A stretch of DNA of 64,000 nt from Candidatus Nomurabacteria bacterium. Lineage in GTDB: Bacteria > Patescibacteriota > Minisyncoccia > Phycocordibacterales > UBA918. The DNA lies in contig JACKGC010000001.1 in the NCBI GenBank assembly GCA_020632135.1, positions 517,124 to 581,123 of the forward strand, given 5' to 3'. This document shows, piece by piece, positions 8,073-17,001 of this stretch. The notes beneath the pieces are model-generated. The model saw only the letters and a list, made by a program, of their open reading frames with translations. It ran no database searches and was not told the DNA's origin. The translations under genes were made by a program, and so were the position numbers. Every line of letters starts with the position of its first letter. Position 1 is the first letter of the stretch.

Positions 8073-8127
8073 ACTTAGACTTAAGGTAGAGGGAACATTT
8101 GACAGTGAGACAGCTTGTTTTGTTGTG

Positions 8128-8334
8128 TTAAGACTCGAAATCTTCGATCTTTTCTACTGGTGTGTGTACTTTCTCTTGCAAGTACTGAGTCTGTACTTTT
8201 AATTCTTCGATCTCGGCTTTGAGTTGCAGGGTCACAGTATACGCAAAAATGGCGAATCCGATAGTGAGTATCCAGGCCACGTACGGGAAGATCCTATAAG
8301 ACTCAAGGGCTTTGTCGTTTCCGTTGGTTTTCAT
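8128..8334 (-). CDS. Small single-pass membrane protein with C-terminal coiled coil (FtsB/DivIC-like topology)
   Basis: 68 codons from ATG 8334. TM helix VAWILTIGFAIFAYTV, then LQLKAEIEELKVQTQYLQEKV. TATACT box 7 nt upstream. Divergent from murD. Confidence 0.4.
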   Translation of the reverse strand: MKTNGNDKALESYRIFPYVAWILTIGFAIFAYTVTLQLKAEIEELKVQTQYLQEKVHTPVEKIEDFES

Positions 8335-8419
8335 ATTAGTTAGTATAGCAGTCAAGTAATGCGGACAAATGATTTATCTACCGGTGGTAAATTTTGAAAA
8401 TTCCTCTATGATGCTCAAT

Positions 8420-9769
8420 ATGCATTTTGAGTCAGTCTTTCGAGGAAAAAAAATTACGGTGATGCGCATTGGCCTCTTGGGTCGGGGGGTCGGTGATGCT
8501 GCATTTTTAGCTGAGATGGGAGCGGATGTCCATGTGGTTGACGACGCGCCAGCAGAGGTGATGCAGCCATCGGTTGATGCACTCAAGGAATATAACAATG
8601 TGCGTTTTACGTTTGGTCCGTACCAGGAAGGGTATTTTACCGAAGCTGACTGCGTGTTGGTAGGTGCTGGTGCGCCACTGGAAATGCCGGTGCTTGAAGC
8701 CGCGCGTGTCGCGGGCGTGCCCCTAAAGCAAAGTGCTGCTTGGTTTGCGGAGTTGTCTAATGTGCCGATAATCGGCGTGACTGGCACACGCGGTAAAAGT
8801 ACTGTCACGCACATGATCCACCATGTGCTCTCTGAGGTAACGGGCGAGAAGATCCTCCTTGGTGGTAATGTGCGTGGTGTTTCAAACTTGCAGCTCCTTA
8901 AAGAAGTGCAGGAAGATTCGCTCTGTGTGATGGAGCTTGACTCGTGGCAACTACAGGGTTTTGGTTGGGCGAAGCTCAGTCCGCAGATCGCGGTCTTTAC
9001 CAACTTCATGGAAGATCATCTCAACTATTATCAAGCCGGTGGTAGGAGTAAAGCAGAAGCGATGAAACTCTATTTCGAAGACAAAGCTAACATCTTTCGC
9101 TATCAAGAAGAGAGTGGGGTGTTGGTGACTACGCCTGAGGTATTTGAACAAGCGAAATCCCTGAAAGGGATTTCGCTCGGTCAGGAGGTTATTCTCGCTG
9201 ATGCCTCGAGTATCTCGGAAGACTCATTGCTTTCTATGCCGGGCGAGCATAATCGGCTTAATGCCGCCCTGGCCTACGAGGCACTGAGGGCGATGAGTGT
9301 AAGTGATGAGGAGATCTTTTCCGGACTAGCGTCTTTCCCGGGTGTGCCGGGGCGGCTTGAGTACCTCGGTGAGCGAGATGGGGTGAAGATCTACAACGAC
9401 AACAACGCCACTACGCCGCACGCGACTGTGCGCGGGCTCCAAGCGGTGGGAAATGCAGATGATCAGAACGTCATTCTGATTGCTGGTGGGGCGTATAAGA
9501 ATATCGATCCGACTTCATTGCTCGATGAAATTACGAAGTATTGCAAAAAGGTGGTGTTGCTCCCAGGTACCGGCACCGACCTCATCAAAAAACAGCTTCA
9601 AGCAGATGTGGTGGAGAGTATGGCGGAGGCGGTAACGGCCGGGCTCGCCGCAGGCGAGCCCGGCGATGTACTTCTGTTCTCACCTGGCTTTGCTTCTTTT
9701 GGACTCTTTAAAAATGAATATGAACGCAATGATGCGTTTGTGCAGTGTATCAATCAAGCTGACATATAA
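8420..9769 (+). CDS. murD: UDP-N-acetylmuramoyl-L-alanine--D-glutamate ligase
   Basis: IGLLGRGVGDAAFLAEMGADV N-terminal Rossmann motif, GVTGTRGKSTV P-loop, and NDNNATTP. Start moved to 8420, 7 nt after TATGAT at 8407-8412. Confidence 0.9.
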   Translation: MHFESVFRGKKITVMRIGLLGRGVGDAAFLAEMGADVHVVDDAPAEVMQPSVDALKEYNNVRFTFGPYQEGYFTEADCVLVGAGAPLEMPVLEAARVAGVPLKQSAAWFAELSNVPIIGVTGTRGKSTVTHMIHHVLSEVTGEKILLGGNVRGVSNLQLLKEVQEDSLCVMELDSWQLQGFGWAKLSPQIAVFTNFMEDHLNYYQAGGRSKAEAMKLYFEDKANIFRYQEESGVLVTTPEVFEQAKSLKGISLGQEVILADASSISEDSLLSMPGEHNRLNAALAYEALRAMSVSDEEIFSGLASFPGVPGRLEYLGERDGVKIYNDNNATTPHATVRGLQAVGNADDQNVILIAGGAYKNIDPTSLLDEITKYCKKVVLLPGTGTDLIKKQLQADVVESMAEAVTAGLAAGEPGDVLLFSPGFASFGLFKNEYERNDAFVQCINQADI

Positions 9770-9771
9770 AC

Positions 9772-9796
9772 ACGCGGCCCATTTCATGGGCCGCGT
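9772..9796. terminator. Bidirectional terminator hairpin between murD and the convergent gene
   Basis: acgcggccca (9772-9781) pairs with tgggccgcgt (9787-9796). Confidence 0.6.
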
Positions 9797-9808
9797 TTGC
9801 AAATGGCA

Positions 9809-10552
9809 CTACCGGTCTTGTAACACAGCAACGATTCGATTGCGGAGCAGTTTTTCTTCTGGTGTTGTCGCGTACCGGTAGCTTGTGAGCCAGTCCACTT
9901 CAGATGTGTATGGTCCAACTACCTGTATCTGCTCGCGCGGGACACCAAAGCCAACAAACTGTTCAGTTGTAATGGCGGCGAGATCTAGCGTGCCAAGCGT
10001 GTAGTCGTGAAAAGCGTACTCACCAAACTGCTCAAAGGGTTCAATTAGCTTTCTGGCTTCAGGCAGATCGTGTTTGAAGTCCTTGGGTGCAATTGAACCA
10101 AGGATCTTTACGATCACATTGGTTGGGTCTGCATCGAACGCCTGCCAGCAGTCGGTTACGATATTACTGATCGGTTCACCCTTCTCGTTACTTGGTGACA
10201 TGGCTGGGCGACCGGCATGGGTTGCTATCAGCTGATGATGTTTTTTATCGTAAGCGACGATAACGGGGCAGTCAGCGGTAAAGTGCATGATCGCTTGCTT
10301 GGGTTCAGTGATAAAGCCGGCGTCAGCAAAGGCGTCAAACTCGTCACTGCTGGAGTCACTGTATGGCGTCCAGATCTCTCGAAAGCCCAACTTGGTCGCA
10401 TCGCTAGCCGAACGGAGCAGATACACTAACTCTGGGTTGGCACCGAGCTGAGCCGTGAGTTCCTCTTGTGATAGCCTGGTCTGTGGTCCATACAGGGCCA
10501 CGGTAAACAACATTTGTTCTTCATCGTATTCGGTGTGCACAACACTTGGCAT
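9809..10552 (-). CDS. YfiH/PgeF-family (DUF152, laccase-domain) protein, divergent
   Basis: FTADCPVIV....ATHAGRPAM resembles the family motif ADC.P...HAGWRG. C-terminal ..TSYRY.. resembles FSYRR. AAGGAG SD (plus-strand ctcctt at 10561-10566) 8 nt upstream. Located between murD and murC. Confidence 0.55.
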   Translation of the reverse strand: MPSVVHTEYDEEQMLFTVALYGPQTRLSQEELTAQLGANPELVYLLRSASDATKLGFREIWTPYSDSSSDEFDAFADAGFITEPKQAIMHFTADCPVIVAYDKKHHQLIATHAGRPAMSPSNEKGEPISNIVTDCWQAFDADPTNVIVKILGSIAPKDFKHDLPEARKLIEPFEQFGEYAFHDYTLGTLDLAAITTEQFVGFGVPREQIQVVGPYTSEVDWLTSYRYATTPEEKLLRNRIVAVLQDR

Positions 10553-10609
10553 CGTAAATTCTCCTTTGAAAAGACACTCTAGAATGTGATATTATGCTAC
10601 GCTCACTGT

Positions 10610-11905
10610 ATGTCAAGACTCGATATAGATAAGATACAACGCATTCATTTCATTGGCATTGGCGGCATTGGAATGTCAGCTTTGGCACGGCACTTCAAGA
10701 CTGAAAAGAAGGTGGTGAGCGGCTCGGATCGTTCTCTATCAAACATTACGAAGCAACTTGATACTGAAGGAATTCAGGTGTTTGGTGAGCAAGTGGCGAG
10801 TAATATTACAAACGACATCGAGCTCATTGTGTACACCGAAGCGATGGCCAAAGACCACGAAGAAATGATGGCTGCCAAAGAGTTGGATGTACCGATGATG
10901 AATTACTTCGAGGCGCTTGGGCTGGCGATGAATCCCTACTACCTGATCGCTGTGGCGGGTACACACGGCAAGACCACCACAACTGCCATGATCACCGATG
11001 TCTTTGAGGCGGCAGGGAAGGACCCGACGGCGGTCATTGGATCACTTCGCGCCAAGACAAAAAGTAATTATCGCGCCGGCAAGAGCAAGTATGCGATCGT
11101 TGAGGCGTGTGAGTACAAGCGAGACTTCCTCAGTTTGCGGCCTGATATTTTGGTGATCACAAACATTGAGCACGAACACGTTGACTACTACAAAGACCTC
11201 AAAGATGTCCAGTCAGCCTTTCGAGCGCTCTGTGAGCAGGTGAATGAGAATGGGGTGATCGTCACCGACACAACCAACCCAAGCATTGCGCCGGTGGTGA
11301 ACGGCCTGACGGTGCCTGTCGTTAACTACTTGGAGTATGTCGATCTCCAGCTGCCGCTAAAGCAGCCGGGTATGCATAATCGACTTAATGCGGCCGTTGC
11401 CACAGCAGTGGCAAAACGGGAAAAGATCTCAAGTGACGTGGCTATTAATGCCCTCACGCACTTTGCTGGTACGTGGCGCCGATTTGAATTCAAAGGTGAG
11501 CTCAATGGAGCAGTGGTGTACGATGATTATGCTCATCATCCGACCGAGATTCGTGCAAGTATCAATGCGGCTCGGGAATTGTACCCAGACCGAAAGCTCG
11601 TTATTGCGTTTCAGCCGCACACCTTCACACGCACCAAGGCTTTATTTACTGAGTTTGCCAAAGCGTTTGGTGAGGCTGATGCAGTGGTGTTGCTGCCGAT
11701 CTACTCAGCACGCGAACAGAACGAGAGCGGTGTTTCAAGTCGTGAGCTTTCCGTGAAAGCGCTTGAGTATATTGATGATGCACGATATGTAGAATCCATT
11801 GAGGCTGCCGAGCAGTATTTAAGGCAGACTATCACCGACCAAGATATACTAATGGTCATGGGAGCAGGGGATGTGACGGAGTTGGCGAAGCGGCTGACGA
11901 ATTAA
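10610..11905 (+). CDS. murC: UDP-N-acetylmuramate--L-alanine ligase
   Basis: IHFIGIGGIGMSALA and GTHGKTTTTAMI P-loop, plus DDYAHHPTEI. Start taken at ATG 10610 (MSRLD). Confidence 0.9.
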   Translation: MSRLDIDKIQRIHFIGIGGIGMSALARHFKTEKKVVSGSDRSLSNITKQLDTEGIQVFGEQVASNITNDIELIVYTEAMAKDHEEMMAAKELDVPMMNYFEALGLAMNPYYLIAVAGTHGKTTTTAMITDVFEAAGKDPTAVIGSLRAKTKSNYRAGKSKYAIVEACEYKRDFLSLRPDILVITNIEHEHVDYYKDLKDVQSAFRALCEQVNENGVIVTDTTNPSIAPVVNGLTVPVVNYLEYVDLQLPLKQPGMHNRLNAAVATAVAKREKISSDVAINALTHFAGTWRRFEFKGELNGAVVYDDYAHHPTEIRASINAARELYPDRKLVIAFQPHTFTRTKALFTEFAKAFGEADAVVLLPIYSAREQNESGVSSRELSVKALEYIDDARYVESIEAAEQYLRQTITDQDILMVMGAGDVTELAKRLTN

Positions 11906-11917
11906 GAATAAGAAAAG

Positions 11918-11940
11918 CGCGCCGGACTTCGTCCGGCGCG
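11918..11940. terminator. Bidirectional terminator hairpin
   Basis: cgcgccggac ttc gtccggcgcg. The T-rich tract is on the minus-strand side. Confidence 0.6.
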
Positions 11941-11946
11941 GATTGG

Positions 11947-12681
11947 TTACGTCCCGAGTACCACCGCAGCGTCGTGTCGTGCGGTAGCGATGATCGTATG
12001 GCGCTGGTGCCAGAACACGGCACCGATGATGACCGCTGCCAGACCGACGCTGCGATAGATATCCCCATTCCCGAGCCAGCCGTGCCAGATCGACAAGATA
12101 CCAAAACCTCCAATGACGGAGAGTTCAGCGTATTCACCCCAGAACATGAAGCGAGCGTACGGCTCTACGGTTAACGATTGACGTTTCCGTAATTGGAGGG
12201 TGAGCGCTAAGGCGGTCTCAGCAATGGCCGCCACAACTAACCCAGCAATCAAGATCGCGCCCACCACTTCACCGGTGGTCCACTTCGCGGCGCTGGCTTG
12301 TGCCGCCAAGGCAGGGCCGCTTAAGAGTGCGTCCCAACTTACCGCGAGTACGGCCAAGAATCGACGTAAGGTTCTTCCTTCAAGCGGTAGCAGCTTACCC
12401 ATACATTCTGAGAGTTCGAATATGGGTTTGTGTCCCGTGGCCTCAGCAAGCACCTCATACACCAGTAGAACCACGAGAACGCCGCCAATGGTACCAAGGA
12501 AAGCTTGGAGGCCGGACGAGTCACCGACCGCCAGCGCACCCCAAAAAATGAAGTAGCCAATGGCTGGAAACGCAATGTGTGTGATGGTGATGGGTAGGGT
12601 CCAGTTTCGGAACGAGAGGTCAGTGTGGTGAAACCGAGCCAGTGTTGCGATCGCAACATCAATGGCGATACCCGCCCCCAT
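11947..12681 (-). CDS. Multi-pass membrane protein, possibly MntP/DUF204-like
   Basis: Two repeats with a conserved Asp in a TM helix (AIDVAIATLA and AVSWDALLSG) resemble MntP SMDAFA/SLDAMA. The ORF-track start at 12876 would overlap rsmI, so ATG 12681 was chosen, but the start is uncertain. Confidence 0.4.
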   Translation of the reverse strand: MGAGIAIDVAIATLARFHHTDLSFRNWTLPITITHIAFPAIGYFIFWGALAVGDSSGLQAFLGTIGGVLVVLLVYEVLAEATGHKPIFELSECMGKLLPLEGRTLRRFLAVLAVSWDALLSGPALAAQASAAKWTTGEVVGAILIAGLVVAAIAETALALTLQLRKRQSLTVEPYARFMFWGEYAELSVIGGFGILSIWHGWLGNGDIYRSVGLAAVIIGAVFWHQRHTIIATARHDAAVVLGT

Positions 12682-12820
12682 CAGTATGCAGGGAAGTAAG
12701 TAGTGCCAAAAAAGAGTGGTAGTCACTGACCACCTCCAGTATTTCAAATGAACAACTGGCCTCACAATAATACAAAACACGATTGTGTCAATGATAGGGA
12801 AATGGTAGTGTAGTGACACT

Positions 12821-13501
12821 ATGGAACCAGGGACACTGTATATAGTCGCGACCCCGATCGGAAATCTCGAAGACATTACGTACCGTGCAGTACGGATCTT
12901 GAGCGAGGTCGATTACGTACTATGTGAAGATACGCGGGTGACAGGGAAACTGCTCCAGCGGTATGAGATAGATGCGAAGCTGCGTCGGTATGATGCGCAC
13001 GCAAGCGAGCGGGTACACGAGCAGGTGATCGAGGACCTGCTCGCTGGCAAGCACATTGCGCTCGTAAGCGACGCCGGCACGCCAGGAGTGAGCGATCCAG
13101 GGGTGCTGCTCGTAGCGGGCGCGCGCGAAGCGCACGCCCGAGTCGAGGTCATCCCTGGTCCTTCTGCAGTCACGGCTGCGGTCTCGCTCGCGGGCATTCC
13201 TGGTAACCAGTTCACCTTCCTAGGCTTTGCGCCACAGAAGAAAGGTCGGCAAACGTTCTTCGAACGTTTGCCGACCCATGCTGCTCAGCCGGTCGTCTTC
13301 TTTGAATCTACCCACCGCATTATGAAAGCGCTCGAGGCACTGTCGGCCGCCGTGCCGACTGCGCAGGTATACCTTGCGCGTGAGCTCACGAAGCTCCACG
13401 AAACCCTCCACATCGGCACGGCGGCCGAGCTTCATGTCGCTCTCACTGCTGAACCGGTTACTCAAAAAGGTGAATTCGTTGTATTGGTACATTGCAAGTA
13501 G
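12821..13501 (+). CDS. rsmI: 16S rRNA (cytidine1402-2'-O)-methyltransferase
   Basis: GTLYIVATPIGNLEDITYRAVRILSEVDYVLCEDTR and SDAGTPGVSDPG are hallmark RsmI motifs. Confidence 0.9.
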   Translation: MEPGTLYIVATPIGNLEDITYRAVRILSEVDYVLCEDTRVTGKLLQRYEIDAKLRRYDAHASERVHEQVIEDLLAGKHIALVSDAGTPGVSDPGVLLVAGAREAHARVEVIPGPSAVTAAVSLAGIPGNQFTFLGFAPQKKGRQTFFERLPTHAAQPVVFFESTHRIMKALEALSAAVPTAQVYLARELTKLHETLHIGTAAELHVALTAEPVTQKGEFVVLVHCK

Positions 13502-13557
13502 GGCACGCTCAACCCGTTTGTGCAAGTCAAAGCTCATAGTGTAGAATGTCGCCACTC

Positions 13558-13800
13558 ATGAGCAAAGAAACACTAGTTTTCATTTCTGGTATCCTGCTGA
13601 CCGTCATTCCCTTTATGGGCATCCCGCACGCATGGCGGCAGTATACAGTCTTCGGGATTGGAATAGTGCTCATCCTCATTGGTTATATTTTGCGTCGAAG
13701 AGTATATCTCCACCGTTTCGACAAAGGTAATGGCGAGTGCGGCACGGATTCATTTGTTGAGACCACGGAGAAGCTTTTTGATGAAGGTGCGATAGAATAA
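13558..13800 (+). CDS. Small two-TM membrane protein
   Basis: Two hydrophobic helices. Start moved to 13558 because TAGAAT (13542-13547) overlaps the ORF-track ATG at 13546. Confidence 0.45.
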   Translation: MSKETLVFISGILLTVIPFMGIPHAWRQYTVFGIGIVLILIGYILRRRVYLHRFDKGNGECGTDSFVETTEKLFDEGAIE

Positions 13801-13804
13801 AAAT

Positions 13805-15145
13805 ATGCACAAGATCGGTACACCACTCGTGGCCATCGCAATCCTCTTCGCGGTGCTGAGTTTTGTGCCACTGACCTCTTTTGACGTTGAAACGACTGCG
13901 TTGCCACACACAGAAGCGGCGCTCGATCAGACAGAGGTGGGGTCTGAACCAGTCAAATCAGTACCGCCGGTTGATACTCGGCCGACGGTGCAGCATGTCC
14001 CCCTGCCAGAGCAGGTGAAGTCCATTTACATGACCTCATGTGTGGCCGGCACCCCCTCATTTCGTGATCGACTCATCGCCCTCATCGGGGAGACTGAGAT
14101 CAATGCGGTGATAATCGACATCAAAGACTACTCCGGCACCATCTCATTCCCGCCACAGACAGAAGCCTGGAAGCCTGCATGGCAGGCAGCCCGCTGCGGC
14201 ACTGCAGATATGCGTGAGCTCGTGGCGCGCTTGCATGAGCAGAATGTGTTCGTGATCGGGCGGATCACGGTCTTCCAAGACCCGCACTACGCACCGCAGC
14301 ATCCTGAGCTCTCTGTCCAGCGCAGTGACCAAACGACCGTCTGGCGCGACCACAAAGGGCTCTCATTCATTGACGTGGCGGCGCAGCCCTACTGGGACCA
14401 CATCATCGATCTCTCAGTAGATTCATACAACGTCGGTTTTGACGAACTAAACTTTGACTACGTGCGGTATCCTTCTGATGGCAATATGGAAGATACGTAC
14501 TATCCGCAGAGCATGGCCGGGGAATATGGAATGGATCGGCAGGCCAACCTTGAAGCGTTTTTTAAATATCTTAGTGAAGCACTTGATGAGCCAGAGCGAT
14601 TTGCGGCGTATCGGCATGAAAATACTGGCCGACCGACGTCCACACCGTGGACATCGGCCGACCTCTTCGGCATGACCACTACCAATTTCGACGATCTTTC
14701 CATTGGGCAGGTACAAGACCGCGCTGCTCCGTATTTTGATTTCATCGCGCCGATGGTGTATCCCTCACATTACCCCAATAGTTTCTTAGGACTGGGTAAC
14801 CCGAACGATCATCCGTACACCGTAGTACATCATGCGATGAGCGTAGGAGTCGAACGTATGACTGCAAGCACCACTCCAATGCAAGGTTTCTTGCACACGC
14901 CGATCACCACCACCAACGCCAGCGGCACGGTCACTGTCACCGGTATGTACCACAAGCCGGTCTATACTGCCGACAAGTTCCGTACCTGGATCCAAGACTT
15001 TGACTATGGGGGAGACTACGACGCAGCTGATGTGCGGGCACAGATCCAGGCCAGCTATGATGCGGGGGTTCATAGTTGGATGATCTGGGCACCGTCAAAT
15101 ATCTACACCAAGGCGGCGTTATTACCAGCTGAACCAACCCAGTAG
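13805..15145 (+). CDS. Putative glycoside hydrolase (DUF4015-like), membrane anchored
   Basis: N-terminal TM helix. INAVIIDIKDYSGTISF and GFDELNFDYVRYPSDG match my recollection of the DUF4015 TIM-barrel family. Confidence 0.55.
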   Translation: MHKIGTPLVAIAILFAVLSFVPLTSFDVETTALPHTEAALDQTEVGSEPVKSVPPVDTRPTVQHVPLPEQVKSIYMTSCVAGTPSFRDRLIALIGETEINAVIIDIKDYSGTISFPPQTEAWKPAWQAARCGTADMRELVARLHEQNVFVIGRITVFQDPHYAPQHPELSVQRSDQTTVWRDHKGLSFIDVAAQPYWDHIIDLSVDSYNVGFDELNFDYVRYPSDGNMEDTYYPQSMAGEYGMDRQANLEAFFKYLSEALDEPERFAAYRHENTGRPTSTPWTSADLFGMTTTNFDDLSIGQVQDRAAPYFDFIAPMVYPSHYPNSFLGLGNPNDHPYTVVHHAMSVGVERMTASTTPMQGFLHTPITTTNASGTVTVTGMYHKPVYTADKFRTWIQDFDYGGDYDAADVRAQIQASYDAGVHSWMIWAPSNIYTKAALLPAEPTQ

Positions 15146-15204
15146 ATTGGCGGCCGACGGCAGGTAGGCTATGCTATCAGAGGAACAGTACCCGGAGGTG
15201 ATTC

Positions 15205-15399
15205 ATGGTATACGGTATTACAGGCAGCTTGGACGATGCTTCTGATGCAGCGTTGGAGCGGATGCTCCGCGACCTCGGTCGTAATGGTGAGACCACTGAG
15301 TCGGCCAGTATACGAAAAAGGATCGAAACGATCTTGCGCGATCGAAAACAGTACGGCAGCAGCATTACTGAGAATGGTCGCTTGCACCACACAGCATGA
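15205..15399 (+). CDS. Small hypothetical protein
   Basis: 64 codons. Strong SD GGAGGTGA at 15194-15201. Followed by an intrinsic terminator. Confidence 0.45.
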   Translation: MVYGITGSLDDASDAALERMLRDLGRNGETTESASIRKRIETILRDRKQYGSSITENGRLHHTA

Positions 15400-15407
15400 G
15401 TGTATGA

Positions 15408-15429
15408 GCCCCCGTTTTGGGGGCTTTTT
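15408..15429 (+). terminator. Rho-independent terminator
   Basis: gccccc gtttt gggggc followed by TTTTT. Confidence 0.8.
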
Positions 15430-15481
15430 CATACTGTGAGCTATTGCATTTTTCCTCAGATCAGTACGGTATCATTAGCGT

Positions 15482-16984
15482 ATGTTAAAAAAGTCCCGCA
15501 CTTCAGTTCGACTGTTCAGTTTTGCTGACGATCAGCCTCGCAACGGCCAGGGTATGCTCATTCCGCGGCGGGGTCGGGTGCGCACGAAGCATATGTTTAC
15601 TCCCCAGAGTGCCCTTCCGGTACAGTCGCCGGTGTTGGTGCGGGTGGTTGTGGTAGTAATGGCAGCATTCATGTTCGTGCTCCTTGGTGGGGTAGGATAC
15701 GGCTATATGGCGCGTGCCGACCTCACGCCACCAATGGTCACGTTGGTGGACCCTTACACGCAAAGTGCGTCGGTCATCGAATATGGTCCGTTAGCGGCGT
15801 TGGGTCAGGATTCATTCTTTACTGATACGCGCGATTCGTTCATTGACCAAGGAATCACCTTTATTGAGGTTGATCTCGTAACGCGACAGCTGCGGCTCTT
15901 TAAGAAAGGGGTGTTGCTTCAGAGTATCGAGGTGTTTGGTGCGGGTGAGATCGGTTCCTGGTGGGAGACGCCATCAGGGCTGTATCAAGTTGAAGAAAAG
16001 AATGAAAAAGACTTTACCACGGTCGGTCAGGTCTTTCTTCCGTGGCTCCTCACCTTTGAAGGGAATTATGTGATCCATGGTTGGCCCGTGTACCCAGACG
16101 GGGATGCAGTACCAGCCGAGTATGTTGGTGGTGGTATCCGACTTAGCGATGATGCGGCCAAAGATCTCTTTTTAAACGTGCAGGTTGGTACACCGGTCCT
16201 TGTGCGTGCTGCTGCGCGCGAAGAGCGTGCCGTGTTTGTATACGAGCCACAAGTGCCAGAGATCGACACGCCGCACTACTTCATTGCTGATATGGACAAT
16301 GGCACGATCCTCGCGGCAACCGATCTCAATGCACCAGCACCGATCGCCTCCCTCACCAAGTTAATGACTGCTGTAGTAGCGGCCGAGCATATTGATCTTG
16401 ATGGCCGCGTGCGGGTTTCGTCACCAACGTTCGTCTCGTCGCTCATCCCACGCCTGGCGGAGCGCAACAGTGTGTCAGTGTACAGCTTACTACAGCTTCT
16501 CTTGGTTGAGTCGTCAAACGAAGCCGCAGAGACCATTGCGGGAGAGTACGGCCGTGAAGAATTCATTGCCGCTATGAATGAGAAGGCGCAGCAGCTGGGA
16601 ATGGTTAATTCGCGTTTTGCTGACCCCTCTGGTCTCAGTGCTGAGAACGTGTCGACTGTTGGTGACCTCTATCGCCTGACCAAGTATATCTATGAGAACC
16701 GCAGTTTCATCTTCGAGATCACTGCCAACGCGGAGTTGCCAAGTGCGTATGTTGGTGGTGAGTTTGCCGGACTCATTAATTTTAATGAGGTAGAAGGAAT
16801 GGACAGCTTCGTGGGTGGTAAGGTGGGCGAGACCACCGCGGCAGGGCAGACCTCAGTCTCACTGCACCAAGTGCAAATTCAGGGCGAGGAGCGTGTGTTG
16901 GCTGTCATTATGCTCGGCTCAGACGGTCGGACCGAGGACATTAAGACCCTGCTTTCCTACGTCCAAAACCGATTTGGCCGCTAG
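15482..16984 (+). CDS. Membrane-anchored fusion: YkuD (L,D-transpeptidase)-like domain lacking the catalytic Cys, plus serine DD-carboxypeptidase (S11-like)
   Basis: YkuD pattern IEVDLVTRQLRLF, TPSGLYQV, YVIHG, but GGGIRL where SHGCIRL is expected. S11 motifs SLTK (SxxK) and SSN (SxN), with KVG in place of KTG. Confidence 0.7.
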   Translation: MLKKSRTSVRLFSFADDQPRNGQGMLIPRRGRVRTKHMFTPQSALPVQSPVLVRVVVVVMAAFMFVLLGGVGYGYMARADLTPPMVTLVDPYTQSASVIEYGPLAALGQDSFFTDTRDSFIDQGITFIEVDLVTRQLRLFKKGVLLQSIEVFGAGEIGSWWETPSGLYQVEEKNEKDFTTVGQVFLPWLLTFEGNYVIHGWPVYPDGDAVPAEYVGGGIRLSDDAAKDLFLNVQVGTPVLVRAAAREERAVFVYEPQVPEIDTPHYFIADMDNGTILAATDLNAPAPIASLTKLMTAVVAAEHIDLDGRVRVSSPTFVSSLIPRLAERNSVSVYSLLQLLLVESSNEAAETIAGEYGREEFIAAMNEKAQQLGMVNSRFADPSGLSAENVSTVGDLYRLTKYIYENRSFIFEITANAELPSAYVGGEFAGLINFNEVEGMDSFVGGKVGETTAAGQTSVSLHQVQIQGEERVLAVIMLGSDGRTEDIKTLLSYVQNRFGR

Positions 16985-16993
16985 TGGTATACT
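16985..16993 (+). promoter_or_regulatory. Extended -10 box TGgTATACT, 8 nt before ATG 17002
   Basis: tgGTATACTgaagtgacATG. No SD. Confidence 0.5.
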
Positions 16994-17001
16994 GAAGTGA
17001 C

